Source: Pseudomonadota bacterium (GTDB taxonomy: Bacteria; Bdellovibrionota_G; JALEGL01; DATDPG01). Taken from it: a stretch of 16,257 nucleotides of DNA. Below are positions 6,867-16,257 of the stretch, piece by piece. The stretch lies in NCBI GenBank assembly GCA_043809315.1, contig JAZDDX010000014.1:1-16257 (forward strand), given 5' to 3'. The translations under genes and the position numbers were made by a program. The notes beneath the pieces were generated by a model. The model was not told where the DNA came from. It saw only the letters and a program-made list of their open reading frames with translations, and made no database searches. Each line of letters begins with the position of its first letter. Position 1 is the first letter of the stretch.

Positions 6867-7494
6867 TTCCCCAGATCACTTTGTGAAGCTGAGGCTGGAG
6901 CCGTACCGGCTCGCTGCCATCGCGAACCCACTCCGCGAGCTTGAGCAGCGGCAACCGGTCCCAGACCGCGGAAAAGAGGACCGGACATTTCCGGGACAGC
7001 CCGTGTTTGCGGATGATATCGATCGCCCAGTCGAAATCGGTCCGGTCTCCGATCACGAATTTCACCTCATCGGAGGGGCGCAGCTCCGCAAGATTCTCCC
7101 ATCGATTATTAGATGATTCCCCACTCGACGGACATTTGAGGTCGACGATCCGGATCACACGTGGATCGCAGCGAGATATGTCGTGAGCTCCCGAGGTCTC
7201 GAGCAGAACCGTTTTTCCCCGGTCCGCAAGCGTCTTCATCAGTTCGAAGACCGGTTCCTGGAGGAGGGGCTCGCCGCCGGTGATCTCGACCAGAGGGGTC
7301 CCCCATCGATCGATTTCGGAAACGACCTTGGAAAGAGTTCGGCGGGTTCCTCCGGAGAAGGCGTAGGCCGTGTCGCAATACGAGCAGCGGAGGTCGCATC
7401 CGGTCAGGCGGACCAAGACACAAGGGAGACCTACATAGGTCGATTCCCCCTGAATGGACTTATATATCTCCGAAATGACCAGGTGGTTATCCAT
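6850..7494 (-). CDS. queE: 7-carboxy-7-deazaguanine synthase QueE (radical SAM)
   Basis: EIYKSIQGES, RLTGCDLRCSYCDT (CxxxCxxC), ITGGEPLLQ, ETSG, DLKCPSSG, QLHKVIW. ATG 7494 preferred over TTG 7536. Confidence 0.92.
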   Translation of the reverse strand: MDNHLVISEIYKSIQGESTYVGLPCVLVRLTGCDLRCSYCDTAYAFSGGTRRTLSKVVSEIDRWGTPLVEITGGEPLLQEPVFELMKTLADRGKTVLLETSGAHDISRCDPRVIRIVDLKCPSSGESSNNRWENLAELRPSDEVKFVIGDRTDFDWAIDIIRKHGLSRKCPVLFSAVWDRLPLLKLAEWVRDGSEPVRLQPQLHKVIWGTTPST

Positions 7495-7573
7495 CGGAAT
7501 CGTCCGTTCGGTATCGGAAAGAAGGACGTTTGACAATAGCCACGCCGCGCGCGCCGGAGTATCCTAAAACCCC

Positions 7574-7813
7574 GTGTACGGATTCTTAAAATCATTCGTC
7601 GATATTTGGTTGACCGCCGATGCGGTGTTCAGTTTTGTCATGACGATCGTCATTCTGATCATGCTGAACGCAATGGCACTCATGAGCCGGAAGCTTCGGG
7701 TGATGGTGCACGAACTTGAGTCTCTTCGAAAGGATCAGAGCGTGATCAGCGATGAGCTGGAGATCGTTGCCACCGCGCACGAACCGAGTGCTGCGGCGGC
7801 CGCGAAACGCTGA
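7574..7813 (+). CDS. Small hypothetical membrane protein (one TM helix followed by a coiled-coil-like tail)
   Basis: 79-aa ORF filling the gap between queE and pbpC. Hydrophobic AVFSFVMTIVILIMLNAMAL is followed by heptad-like LRVMVHELESLRKDQ. Confidence 0.6.
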   Translation: MYGFLKSFVDIWLTADAVFSFVMTIVILIMLNAMALMSRKLRVMVHELESLRKDQSVISDELEIVATAHEPSAAAAAKR

Positions 7814-7820
7814 TTCTGCA

Positions 7821-7842
7821 GGCAAAAAAAAGCGACAGACGA
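7821..7842 (+). repeat. 22-bp direct repeat, copy 1 (GGCAAAAAAAAGCGACAGACGA)
   Basis: Identical to 16117-16138; lies just beyond the pbpC stop. Confidence 0.9.
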
Positions 7843-7855
7843 AATCCCTGCGAGT

Positions 7856-10069
7856 TCATGGGGCCACCGATATCCGGATCGAGCGGGAATCGGCCCGCCC
7901 CTGGTCGTCGATCACGCGGACCACGAACGCCCCCTCCTTTGGGGCCCAGAGAAGCGGGTGTTTGGGTTGGGAGCGGCCAATGTAGGCGGTATCGATGAAC
8001 CAGTAGAGGTCGCGAACGTCGGCGTCGGCGGTTGCGTCGAGCGAGAGCCGCTCTTCCTCCCGCCCGACGACTCGCACTTCGTAAACGACCCCGCGCGATG
8101 GGGACGAGATCTTCGGAGCCGTCCCCGAACTCTGTCGGTTTGCCGTGTCGCAGGAGGGATCGAAGGGTGGGGGTGTCCTTCGCGGAAGCCCGGCCGTCGC
8201 AAAAAGCCGCTGAAGATCGGACGGCCAGAACTCGGATACTGCGGTTTGAACCGGCCCCGTGAACCCGGGACAGACCCGAAGGCCGCTCCGGTCGCTCAGA
8301 CGAACCTCACGGTGGATATCACAGATGTCGATCGGCGATTTCCCCGGGATGAACCAGCCGGGACGCTTATGGGGACAGTTGGGTCCCGGGATCTTTCCCG
8401 AGATGGCGCAAACCGAAACGAGTGAGACCCCTTTGGGTGGCTGTCCCGGAAGACGGTCGGAGATCTCGGGACGTTCCGCCCGGACCGCGTCGACAATCCG
8501 GAAGAAGAGCGGGGCCGCGGCCCGGATTCCGATCAGTGCGGGGTTCCCTTCGCCGCGGAAATTCCCCAGCCAGACCACCAACACATAGGGGCCGAAGATC
8601 CCTGCGGTCCAGGCGTCGCGGAATCCGAACGAGGTTCCGGTTTTCCAGGCGACCGGCAGGGGATTCTTGAGCCATTCGGAGCGGAGATTCACCTCCGGGG
8701 GTGGCGCCGACTGAAGCATCTCATTCACGATGAAAGTCGCCTCGGCGCTCAAGACCGGGATCCCCTCTTTTGGAAGCGGGTCGTCGAGGCGCGTCCGAAG
8801 GGGGCGCAGCTCCCCTCGGTTGGCGAGAGCGGCGTAGAGGCCGGCGATTTCCCACATCGTGAGTTCCGCCCCGCCGAGTACCAGGCTCAGTCCGTAATGT
8901 TCTTCCGGCTTGAGCCCAGATATCCCGACGTTCTTAAGAAACGTATAGAAGCTAGGTCGCGAGAGTTGGGATGCAATAAAGACTGCTGGCACATTGCGGC
9001 TCCGGACCAAGGCCTCGTGGGCACTTACCGGTCCGACGAACTGGCCGTCGAAGTTCTCCGGATTGTAAGGTCCGAACCGCATCGGGGCGTCCTTCAACAT
9101 CGTTTCGGAAGAGATCACCCCCTGGTCGAGCCCGAGAGCGTAGATGAACGGTTTCAGTGTCGAGCCGGGGGAGCGCTTTGCCCGCGTGCCGTCGACCTGT
9201 CCGTCAATCTCCTCCTCCCAGAAACCGGCCGATCCGATCGCGGCCTTGATCTCCATTGACCGGAAGTCAACCAGCAAGGCCGCGGCATTTCGCATGCCGA
9301 TCGACCTCACCTGAGTGAGGTAGGAGCCGATCTGACGTTCCAGCAGGCGTTGGAGCCGCCGGTCGAGGGTCGTGCGGACGATGCTCCCCGTCGTCTCCGC
9401 ACGGATCAAACTCTGGACGAAGTGAGGTGCCTCGAAGGGGAGAGAGGGGGGAACGCGAAACCGCTTGGATCGTTTCGACGGGTTCGGCGGGATCGCAGCT
9501 AGCGCCGCAGTCTCCTCCGGGGTTGTTTCCTTAGGGAGCTTACCAAAATAGGCTAGGCTTGCCGCTCCGACCCCTTCGATGTTTCCACCGTACGAAGCAA
9601 GATTGAGATATGCCTCGAGGATCTCCCGTTTTGAATGCCGGAGTTCGAGCCCCAATGCCAGCGTGATCTGTTCCAGTTTCGTGGCGATCGTGCGGGATCG
9701 AAGGTTATAGATCATTCGAGCCGCCTGCATCGTGACCGTGGAGCCACCGACCCTCCGGTTTCTGGTCACATACGTCGACCAAGCGCCGCGGAGAAGCGAC
9801 ACCGGATTAACGCCGAAGTGGTGGTAGAAATGACGGTCTTCGCGATCGAGCGTGGCCCGCACGAGGTGTGGGGGAAACGCGTCGAGAGGAAGCCACAATC
9901 GATATTTGTCGTCCGTGGACAGGATCAGTCGAAGGAGTTCCCCGCGTTCGTCATAGAACGCTTGGGAAGAGGAGAACCTCGAGGAGATTGGCGGAGCGGG
10001 GATCAGCCTCACCAGGACGACCGCCGCGACGAGAACAACGGAAAGGAGGATCGCAATCTTCCGTTTCAT
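7856..10069 (-). CDS. pbpC: Penicillin-binding protein 1C
   Basis: Transglycosylase motifs EDRHFYHHFGVNP, GGSTVTMQAAR and EILEAYLN; transpeptidase SxxK (GSTLK), SRN and KTG; C-terminal BiPBP-type domain. TGATG coupling to the alpha-2-macroglobulin gene. Confidence 0.93.
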   Translation of the reverse strand: MKRKIAILLSVVLVAAVVLVRLIPAPPISSRFSSSQAFYDERGELLRLILSTDDKYRLWLPLDAFPPHLVRATLDREDRHFYHHFGVNPVSLLRGAWSTYVTRNRRVGGSTVTMQAARMIYNLRSRTIATKLEQITLALGLELRHSKREILEAYLNLASYGGNIEGVGAASLAYFGKLPKETTPEETAALAAIPPNPSKRSKRFRVPPSLPFEAPHFVQSLIRAETTGSIVRTTLDRRLQRLLERQIGSYLTQVRSIGMRNAAALLVDFRSMEIKAAIGSAGFWEEEIDGQVDGTRAKRSPGSTLKPFIYALGLDQGVISSETMLKDAPMRFGPYNPENFDGQFVGPVSAHEALVRSRNVPAVFIASQLSRPSFYTFLKNVGISGLKPEEHYGLSLVLGGAELTMWEIAGLYAALANRGELRPLRTRLDDPLPKEGIPVLSAEATFIVNEMLQSAPPPEVNLRSEWLKNPLPVAWKTGTSFGFRDAWTAGIFGPYVLVVWLGNFRGEGNPALIGIRAAAPLFFRIVDAVRAERPEISDRLPGQPPKGVSLVSVCAISGKIPGPNCPHKRPGWFIPGKSPIDICDIHREVRLSDRSGLRVCPGFTGPVQTAVSEFWPSDLQRLFATAGLPRRTPPPFDPSCDTANRQSSGTAPKISSPSRGVVYEVRVVGREEERLSLDATADADVRDLYWFIDTAYIGRSQPKHPLLWAPKEGAFVVRVIDDQGRADSRSIRISVAP

Positions 10070-13000
10070 CAGTCCTTAGAAACACTCAAGGTGGAACCCA
10101 ACGATTGAGCCTGCACAGAGCGGTCGTACAAACCCTCCGCATAGGCGGGCGGGACGGAATAATGTCCGGCGTTCGTTGCCTTGAGCGTGTAGACGAACTC
10201 TTTCACGGCGGAGTCGGCGTCGCCGTAGAGAACGACCCGGTCCTCGCGAACGTCCAGATACTCGGGATGCCAGGTCGACTTTTCGGATCCGATCGGGGGA
10301 GTCCACGTGGCGTACCCCGTTTGCTCCGGTCCCCGATCGTTCCCCTGTTCCTCGAACTCTCCCCCGCCTTCATCCCCCTCGCAGTTCTCGCACGCCGCCG
10401 TTTGATGGGACGGTCCGGAAGGAGCGTATCCGGAGGTGGCCGTTGAGGCCGCCGGTTTCTCCATCACCACCTCGAACCCGCCGGGGAGGAGGTCGACGGC
10501 CGCCACGTTGGCGTAGCCGCCCCCCGCGACGGTCCGAATTTTCACATGCGCTTCGATTTCATCTCCGACCTTCACGCTGGAGACAGGTTTTCCGTCCTTC
10601 GTCGTGTACTCCCGGAGGATCTCGAGCTTGTTCTGGATCACGCTCTGGGGAGGATTGAGGTCGAAGCCGGATTGGGTCACGACATAGAAGAGGGGAAGAA
10701 CCCCTTCGTTCGACACCTGAATCGCTGTCGCTTGATCGCTGAACGCGGCACTGGGGAAGAGCGTTTGCGGGAGAACAAGGGGATGGGAGCTCTTGTTCGG
10801 AAGTCGCTCGACGAGCTTTGTGTTCTCCATTCGGACGGGGCCCGCAGCGTCGGCGTAGGCGTCCATGGCCAGAATCAAACGTGCAGAGGAGAGCGTGTTG
10901 TACGATCCGCGCGTCACCGCGTCGGCGACGGCCACGATCTCAGCGGGCGCGAGTTGTTTCAGCCGGTCGGGGAAATATTTCGACAAAACGAAGAGCAGTT
11001 CGGCGTCGTGGATGGCACCGTCATAATAATTCCGGTAGTCGGCGGTTCTGGAAGTCCCGGGCTTTTGTTCCCGGATTAGCGAATACGCCTCATCCGTTTG
11101 ACGGAGCATCTGGTGGGAGGCGGCCAAGTAGACCGCGGTGAGATCTTTTTTCCAGGTGTTCCGGTCGTTGACTTCGAGTCGTCGTTCGAGCGCGCTCAGA
11201 TACTGCGTCGTCACCAGTCCCGCGCGTGTGAGCAGATACACCGCATAGGCCCGAGTTCTTTCCGCGGTGAGATCACGCCCCTCGGTGGACAAAAGGCCTT
11301 TCGCGTACGCGGTCGCGCGAAGTAAGACGTCGGCAGGAACGGCGTACGATTGCTCCCGGGCCTCCAGGAGGAGTTGGAGAGCGTACAGGTGCGTGAAATC
11401 GTTCACGTGGGAATTGGCCGCCCAAAGCCCAAACGCCCCTTCGGCGTTCTGACGGGACTGCAGGGTCGAGAAGATCTTCCGGAGCGTCTCTTCCGCCTTC
11501 GCTGGGGAGCCGCCGAACTCCGGCCTCTTCCGCAGAATCAAGGCAGGGAACGCCTGGCTCACCAGTTGTTCGGTGCAACCGTACGGAAACTTCTCGAGAT
11601 ACCGGATCAGACCGTGTGCCATCGCGAGGGGGAGCGGCGAGACCCCGACGTTGAGATCGCGGTACTCCGCGAACATCTTTCGCGGCACAGGAATCTCCAC
11701 AGTACCGTTCTGAAGGTGTCCAGCGGCAAGCGTCACGAGATAGGGAGAGGAGGGGCGGACACTCAATTCGATCTTACGTCGGGTCGACTTATCGTTCCCG
11801 GTCGCAGTCAATGTGAGAAGGGCAGCTCCCGGCTTCTTAATCGCTTTCACGTGGAATACCGCAGTCTGTTCCCGCATCTCGTCGATCTTGAGCGACTGAC
11901 TCGCCGAACCGGCGACCTCGAGTTCCTTTGAGGTGGAGAGGTCGAGCGTAATGGCGGCTCCCGCACCCGATCCCTCCACGTTGTTGGCGACGGTCACTCC
12001 TACTTCGAACTCATCTCCGGGGGCGACGAACGTGGGCGCGTGCGGCGTGATGACAAAATCTCCCCGAACCAACGCCTTCCGGTCGACGACCCCGACCGCG
12101 TCGGGGCTCACGCCGACGGCGAGAACCCGAAGGGAACCGTTGAAGTAGTCGGGGATCGTGTAGCTCAGTTCCCGCTCCGCCGGCCCGGCATCGACGATTC
12201 CAGACCAGAAGACGACCGCCTTATCTGCCTTGTGTTTGAACGGATTCAGGTTCTGCCCGAGCGCGGCGCGGGCCCCCTCGTCCCCTCCGGCCGCCGAGCG
12301 ATTCGTCAGGAAACGGTATTCCGGCATGATGAGGTCGAGGATCTGCGATGTAGTCACCTCGAGAGCCCGCTTCTGGAAGAAGTAGTTCAATGGATCGGGA
12401 GTCCGGTAGTTCGCCACCTGGAGAATCCCCTCGTCGACGGCGAAGACGATCATCTTCGCCGGTCGGTTCGCGCGGTAATGCATTCGATAGAGCTGTCCCG
12501 GCTTGGCCAGTTCAGCCGACCGAACGGCGACCTCCAGGGTTCTCTTGGCCCGACTCACCGCGAACGGAACGACGCCGTAGCTCAACGGGCTCATGAAGAT
12601 TTCGTGCGATCCAACGTCACGGACGAACGACACCGACACATAGCCGTTCCCCTCGAAGTCGTTCGGCACACGTACCCGCTGAATCGTCGTAGTCGTCGAG
12701 GTTTTGAACCATTTCGTTTGATAAACCCGATCCCGCTCGATGGTGATCAGGCCGGCTCCGACGTACGGTGCCTTGATCTGAACTTCGATTTCTTCCCCGG
12801 GGTCGTAATCGCTCTTGTTGAGAAGAAGCTGGAGCTCGGCATTCTTTTCGAGCGACCGGGTGAGGTTCCCGGTTCCCGCCACCGTGTAGTTCAATTCGTT
12901 CAATACGGTCCCCCCCTTGTTCAGCACCGAAAGAGTGAAGTCCCCGGGACGGTTGGTCGGAAGCGGGAAACTCAGTCCGGCGGCCGGGATCGAGAGACTT

Positions 13001-16000
13001 TTTTCCGCGATCGTCATCTTCTTCTCAGCTGATTGGTATCGGTACGTCCCGTTCTCCTGGCGGGTCAGGACCGACACGAAGCGACGTTCGATAAGTGCAT
13101 ATTTGAGCTGGGGGGCGGCGACCTTCGCGAGACGGGAGTCCACCGCGATCAGATGGACGGATCGTCGGCTCTTGTTCGATATGTAGGATAGGTCGCCGTC
13201 CGATTTATATCCAACCATGAATGAAAGCGGCGAGACGATCGTCGACGACTCTGCCGTCACACTCCTTCCTCCTTCCGCCACGAATCCCTCGACCGTGAAG
13301 CGTAGAAAATAAGTCGCCTCCGGGAAGCGTCCCAAATCCAGAGCGAACTCCGCCTTTCCCTCCCGGTCGGTTTGCGACTCCGAGAGCCGTTCGGTTACGC
13401 CTTCTTTGACCTTGTTCTGGTCGAAGAAGTGATAGTCCGTGAATTTCCGGAAAGAGGGAAAACGCGGAGCGAGCGAGATCGTGGCCGAAAGCTTCCGATC
13501 GGTTGCTGGGGTTCCGAACAGGTTCTCGAGCTTCACCAGAGCTTTCAGGTCGCGGGGGGAGACCCAGCCGTCGAGACTCTCCTCCGAAAAGTGGGAATTA
13601 ATCCGCATCTCGTCGGGAAGGAACTCTCTCACGGTGAAGGTGGTGGACCCGATGAGACCCCCTCTACGTTCGTCCTTCACGACGTAAACATTTACGGCGT
13701 AGGTGCCGGTCGGGGAGGTCTCTTCAGTCCTGTGGAGGATTTCCGCCAGGCCGTTCTGGCCGGGGCGGATCTTTTCCTTGTGAACGGAAACGCCGCGCGC
13801 GTCGTCGACGGTGACTTCGAGCGGGATCCCTTCGAGGTTCCCGGACCAATCGCGCGCCTTGACGATCATGGCGAGATGAACCTCGTCCCCCGGTCGATAG
13901 ATCCCCCGGTCGGAGAACAAGTAGGCACTGAGCGAATCGGCGTTCGGGCGTTCCGAGATCCCGCCAATGTCGAAACGCGACAACTCCTGCTTTCGGTCGG
14001 AACGATCGTACGGGATGAAGGAGAGGTCAGAGCCGAGTTGCGCGGTATATACGACCGGTTGCCGTTCCCTCTTGAGATCGCGCATCGACGGGAAGTGGCC
14101 CCGGCCATCCGGTCCCGTGACGACAGCATGAACGGGGAGACCGTTCGTGCCCAGGACCCGAATCGAAGCTCCAGCGACCGGTTCGCCGCTCCGGATCGAC
14201 TGGACGAAAACGTCGTGCGATCCGTCCTGGGAATCTTTGACCAGCAATCCGAGGTCGGTCAGGAGCAGGAATCGGCGGTCTTCCGTTCCACCCGTGACCC
14301 TTTTCCGGGCCAGGTCGTACGCGCGCACCTCCAATAAGAAGAGCCCTTTCCGGTCCCCCGAGCCGTGTGCCAGGTATCGGGAGAAATCGAAGGCGGTGTA
14401 GGAGGGCCTGCCGGTGGCCGGCTGGGGGACCTCCCGGACTTCTTCGAAACGTTCCGTGACAGCATCCGCCTCAAGCGAGCGATAGTAGAACGGGAACGCC
14501 GGCTGCTGGAACGTACCGCTCGTGAAGTTCACGAAGTGATGAATCTGATCCGGCAGGATCTGTGCGACCTCGAACTGGATCGCAGGGATGTCCCGCGACA
14601 TCACAGAGATCTTCTTCTCACCGGACAGTCCGAGGAGCGACCCGTTTCCGAGGATCTTCAACTCTTTCGGGAACTCAGGCACTCGCTCGATGGCGTCGAA
14701 CTCTTTGGCCAGCAGATAACCGCCGAAGGAGGGGACCCCCTTCGGAATCCTGACATAGACATACCTTCCGGGATCGGCTTGGTACTTGAACGAATGGGTG
14801 GTCGCGAACTCGCGGTCGGTTTCGATCGGGTCCAGCTTCATCTGCTGTGATGCCCGCAGAATCTCCGGTCCGGTCGCCTCCGTCTCACGCCAAGCATAGG
14901 GGTTCTTGCGATCCTCCGGTTTGGAATCGGGATGGTAGAGAGGGAGGAGGAATGCCTGCAACTTGGGCTGAAGTTCCTTGGCCGTTACCCCGTTGGTCAT
15001 TTCGATCACGAGAACCTGCTCTGTTTCGTACTCTTGGTTCTGCGCGAGCGACAGGCCGGCGGAGGAAATCCGGAAGAACGTATACATCCCCGGAACAACC
15101 TCACGTCGCTCGTCGGCGGCTTCGGAAGGGGTCCCACCTAATGAGGAACGCACTCCTGCCTCGAGAGCGATCCGCATATAGGTGTCTTCCTCCGGGATTT
15201 CGATCGGAGCGGAATGGACGAACGCTTTCAGCTTAAGTTTGTCGTAGGTAAACTGCTTCTCGTATTTGCGTTCGGAGAGGATCCGGAGCCCCTCCTTTTT
15301 CTCGCCGAGGAACATGGAGACCCGTTTCTCCAATTCTGACGGGTCGACCGGATGGGAGAATCCGATCGTTGCCACCACTTTCTTGAGTTTCGGATCCAGC
15401 GGGTCTTGGTAAAACGACATCTCCTCGACCCCCGCCCGGAACGGGGCGCTATTGAGGCCGAAAACATACTTCGCGAGTCGAATGTGATCTGCCACGAACC
15501 CCTTCCGCTCGATTTCGACGCGATACTCCTCCCCTACACCCCAGTCTGTGCGTGGCAGAAATCGAAGCGTTCGGTCATCCTGCCAACTCCAAGCACCATC
15601 CGTCTTCGGCTTGATCGAGATTCCGCGAGCGACGGTCTTCCCGACCATCTTGAGTGGAGCGACGGATCCTTCGAACTTGATGATCAGCGGAAAGACTTTC
15701 GTTTCGTCGCCGTACTTCGTGACCGTGGGCTCTTCCCAGGAGAAATCGACTTTGATCGGCTTGGGGAGGTGGGCGAACAAGATCGATCCTCCGATCAAAA
15801 CAGCGAGGGTAAGTAAGCCGGTGCCTCCACGAAGAACCAGAAGGCGCCGATGAGTCTTGGACCAATCAAGGAATCGAGTGAATCGCCCGGCGAGAAGCTG
15901 ACGCCAATCGACCCAGGTTGCCGCCCCGCCCGTCGCCTTGCGCCAGAGGTTGCTGATCCACGGAGGCGGGGTCCAGGTGAAATTTCCCAGGATTCTCACG

Positions 16001-16014
16001 AACAGGGACCTCAT
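10069..16014 (-). CDS. yfhM: Bacterial alpha-2-macroglobulin (YfhM-like) with intact thioester motif
   Basis: 1981 aa. Motifs TDLGL, FSDRGIYRPGD, AVDEGIL, bait-like RSAAGGD, FPYGCTEQ (CxEQ at 11566-11577), DLLPGGFE and DVREDRV. AAGGAG SD at 16021-16026; canonical pairing with pbpC. Confidence 0.95.
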   Translation of the reverse strand: MRSLFVRILGNFTWTPPPWISNLWRKATGGAATWVDWRQLLAGRFTRFLDWSKTHRRLLVLRGGTGLLTLAVLIGGSILFAHLPKPIKVDFSWEEPTVTKYGDETKVFPLIIKFEGSVAPLKMVGKTVARGISIKPKTDGAWSWQDDRTLRFLPRTDWGVGEEYRVEIERKGFVADHIRLAKYVFGLNSAPFRAGVEEMSFYQDPLDPKLKKVVATIGFSHPVDPSELEKRVSMFLGEKKEGLRILSERKYEKQFTYDKLKLKAFVHSAPIEIPEEDTYMRIALEAGVRSSLGGTPSEAADERREVVPGMYTFFRISSAGLSLAQNQEYETEQVLVIEMTNGVTAKELQPKLQAFLLPLYHPDSKPEDRKNPYAWRETEATGPEILRASQQMKLDPIETDREFATTHSFKYQADPGRYVYVRIPKGVPSFGGYLLAKEFDAIERVPEFPKELKILGNGSLLGLSGEKKISVMSRDIPAIQFEVAQILPDQIHHFVNFTSGTFQQPAFPFYYRSLEADAVTERFEEVREVPQPATGRPSYTAFDFSRYLAHGSGDRKGLFLLEVRAYDLARKRVTGGTEDRRFLLLTDLGLLVKDSQDGSHDVFVQSIRSGEPVAGASIRVLGTNGLPVHAVVTGPDGRGHFPSMRDLKRERQPVVYTAQLGSDLSFIPYDRSDRKQELSRFDIGGISERPNADSLSAYLFSDRGIYRPGDEVHLAMIVKARDWSGNLEGIPLEVTVDDARGVSVHKEKIRPGQNGLAEILHRTEETSPTGTYAVNVYVVKDERRGGLIGSTTFTVREFLPDEMRINSHFSEESLDGWVSPRDLKALVKLENLFGTPATDRKLSATISLAPRFPSFRKFTDYHFFDQNKVKEGVTERLSESQTDREGKAEFALDLGRFPEATYFLRFTVEGFVAEGGRSVTAESSTIVSPLSFMVGYKSDGDLSYISNKSRRSVHLIAVDSRLAKVAAPQLKYALIERRFVSVLTRQENGTYRYQSAEKKMTIAEKSLSIPAAGLSFPLPTNRPGDFTLSVLNKGGTVLNELNYTVAGTGNLTRSLEKNAELQLLLNKSDYDPGEEIEVQIKAPYVGAGLITIERDRVYQTKWFKTSTTTTIQRVRVPNDFEGNGYVSVSFVRDVGSHEIFMSPLSYGVVPFAVSRAKRTLEVAVRSAELAKPGQLYRMHYRANRPAKMIVFAVDEGILQVANYRTPDPLNYFFQKRALEVTTSQILDLIMPEYRFLTNRSAAGGDEGARAALGQNLNPFKHKADKAVVFWSGIVDAGPAERELSYTIPDYFNGSLRVLAVGVSPDAVGVVDRKALVRGDFVITPHAPTFVAPGDEFEVGVTVANNVEGSGAGAAITLDLSTSKELEVAGSASQSLKIDEMREQTAVFHVKAIKKPGAALLTLTATGNDKSTRRKIELSVRPSSPYLVTLAAGHLQNGTVEIPVPRKMFAEYRDLNVGVSPLPLAMAHGLIRYLEKFPYGCTEQLVSQAFPALILRKRPEFGGSPAKAEETLRKIFSTLQSRQNAEGAFGLWAANSHVNDFTHLYALQLLLEAREQSYAVPADVLLRATAYAKGLLSTEGRDLTAERTRAYAVYLLTRAGLVTTQYLSALERRLEVNDRNTWKKDLTAVYLAASHQMLRQTDEAYSLIREQKPGTSRTADYRNYYDGAIHDAELLFVLSKYFPDRLKQLAPAEIVAVADAVTRGSYNTLSSARLILAMDAYADAAGPVRMENTKLVERLPNKSSHPLVLPQTLFPSAAFSDQATAIQVSNEGVLPLFYVVTQSGFDLNPPQSVIQNKLEILREYTTKDGKPVSSVKVGDEIEAHVKIRTVAGGGYANVAAVDLLPGGFEVVMEKPAASTATSGYAPSGPSHQTAACENCEGDEGGGEFEEQGNDRGPEQTGYATWTPPIGSEKSTWHPEYLDVREDRVVLYGDADSAVKEFVYTLKATNAGHYSVPPAYAEGLYDRSVQAQSLGSTLSVSKD

Positions 16015-16116
16015 AGAGTTCTCCTTGGTTGTGTGAACGGCTGGGAACAGGCTACCAGCCGATACGCTCGGAGAAAGATTATTCGGATCCGTTAAAGGGG
16101 GAGGGACCGAAACCCG

Positions 16117-16138
16117 GGCAAAAAAAAGCGACAGACGA
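16117..16138 (+). repeat. 22-bp direct repeat, copy 2 (GGCAAAAAAAAGCGACAGACGA)
   Basis: Identical to 7821-7842; about 100 bp upstream of the alpha-2-macroglobulin start. Confidence 0.9.
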
Positions 16139-16257
16139 CAGATAGCACGGGATGGGGTGTGCTTTACGAGGAGTCAGCGATACGTGGGATGAGTTGAACC
16201 TCGTTACCGATTCCAACTCTCCGCTTCCGTGGTTTTCGTGTGCTTCAGAGTCTTTCC

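Noticed and set aside
6850-7494. queE as part of a 7-deazaguanine DNA modification (dpd) island
   Set aside because: No dpdA, queC, queD or folE in the window; stand-alone queE is common.
7530-7565. TTGACA...TATCCT promoter for the 79-aa gene
   Set aside because: Spacer is 24 nt; the alternative TAGCCA-N17-TATCCT is too weak to call.
7821-7855. Minus-strand T8 tract as an intrinsic terminator for pbpC
   Set aside because: The preceding hairpin is weak, and the second copy has no hairpin; treated as a direct repeat instead.
3432-15816. Long antisense ORFs such as 3432-4574(+), 12040-13032(+) and 13372-14337(+)
   Set aside because: They lie opposite well-supported genes and have no family motifs; expected from GC-rich codon bias.
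16038-16061. Hairpin CGGCTGG-N10-CCAGCCG upstream of the alpha-2-macroglobulin gene
   Set aside because: No U-tract and no recognisable riboswitch motif; function unsupported.

Overview
GC-rich bacterial window, plausibly from a deltaproteobacterium-like lineage such as Bdellovibrionota or Myxococcota (inference from gene content only). Left to right: a GH5 beta-mannanase-like lipoprotein with a Pro/Thr linker; a single, apparently truncated BadF/BadG/BcrA/BcrD activator domain resembling the first domain of PlsA/Ger-type ether-lipid reductases; and, convergent with it, a full-length homologue of the archaeal tetraether synthase Tes (GDGT-MAS, MJ0619 family). The Tes-like gene has a near-consensus sigma-54 promoter and a candidate enhancer palindrome. 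Next come a TPR / BMC-T shell protein / small secreted protein operon with no other microcompartment genes, a chimeric remnant (asparaginase fragment plus TPR fragment with an internal TAG), queE and a small membrane protein. The window ends with an alpha-2-macroglobulin/pbpC pair bracketed by a perfect 22-bp direct repeat. The best candidate for new biology is a bacterial membrane-spanning/ether-lipid locus. All family assignments come from motif recognition; no database searches were run.
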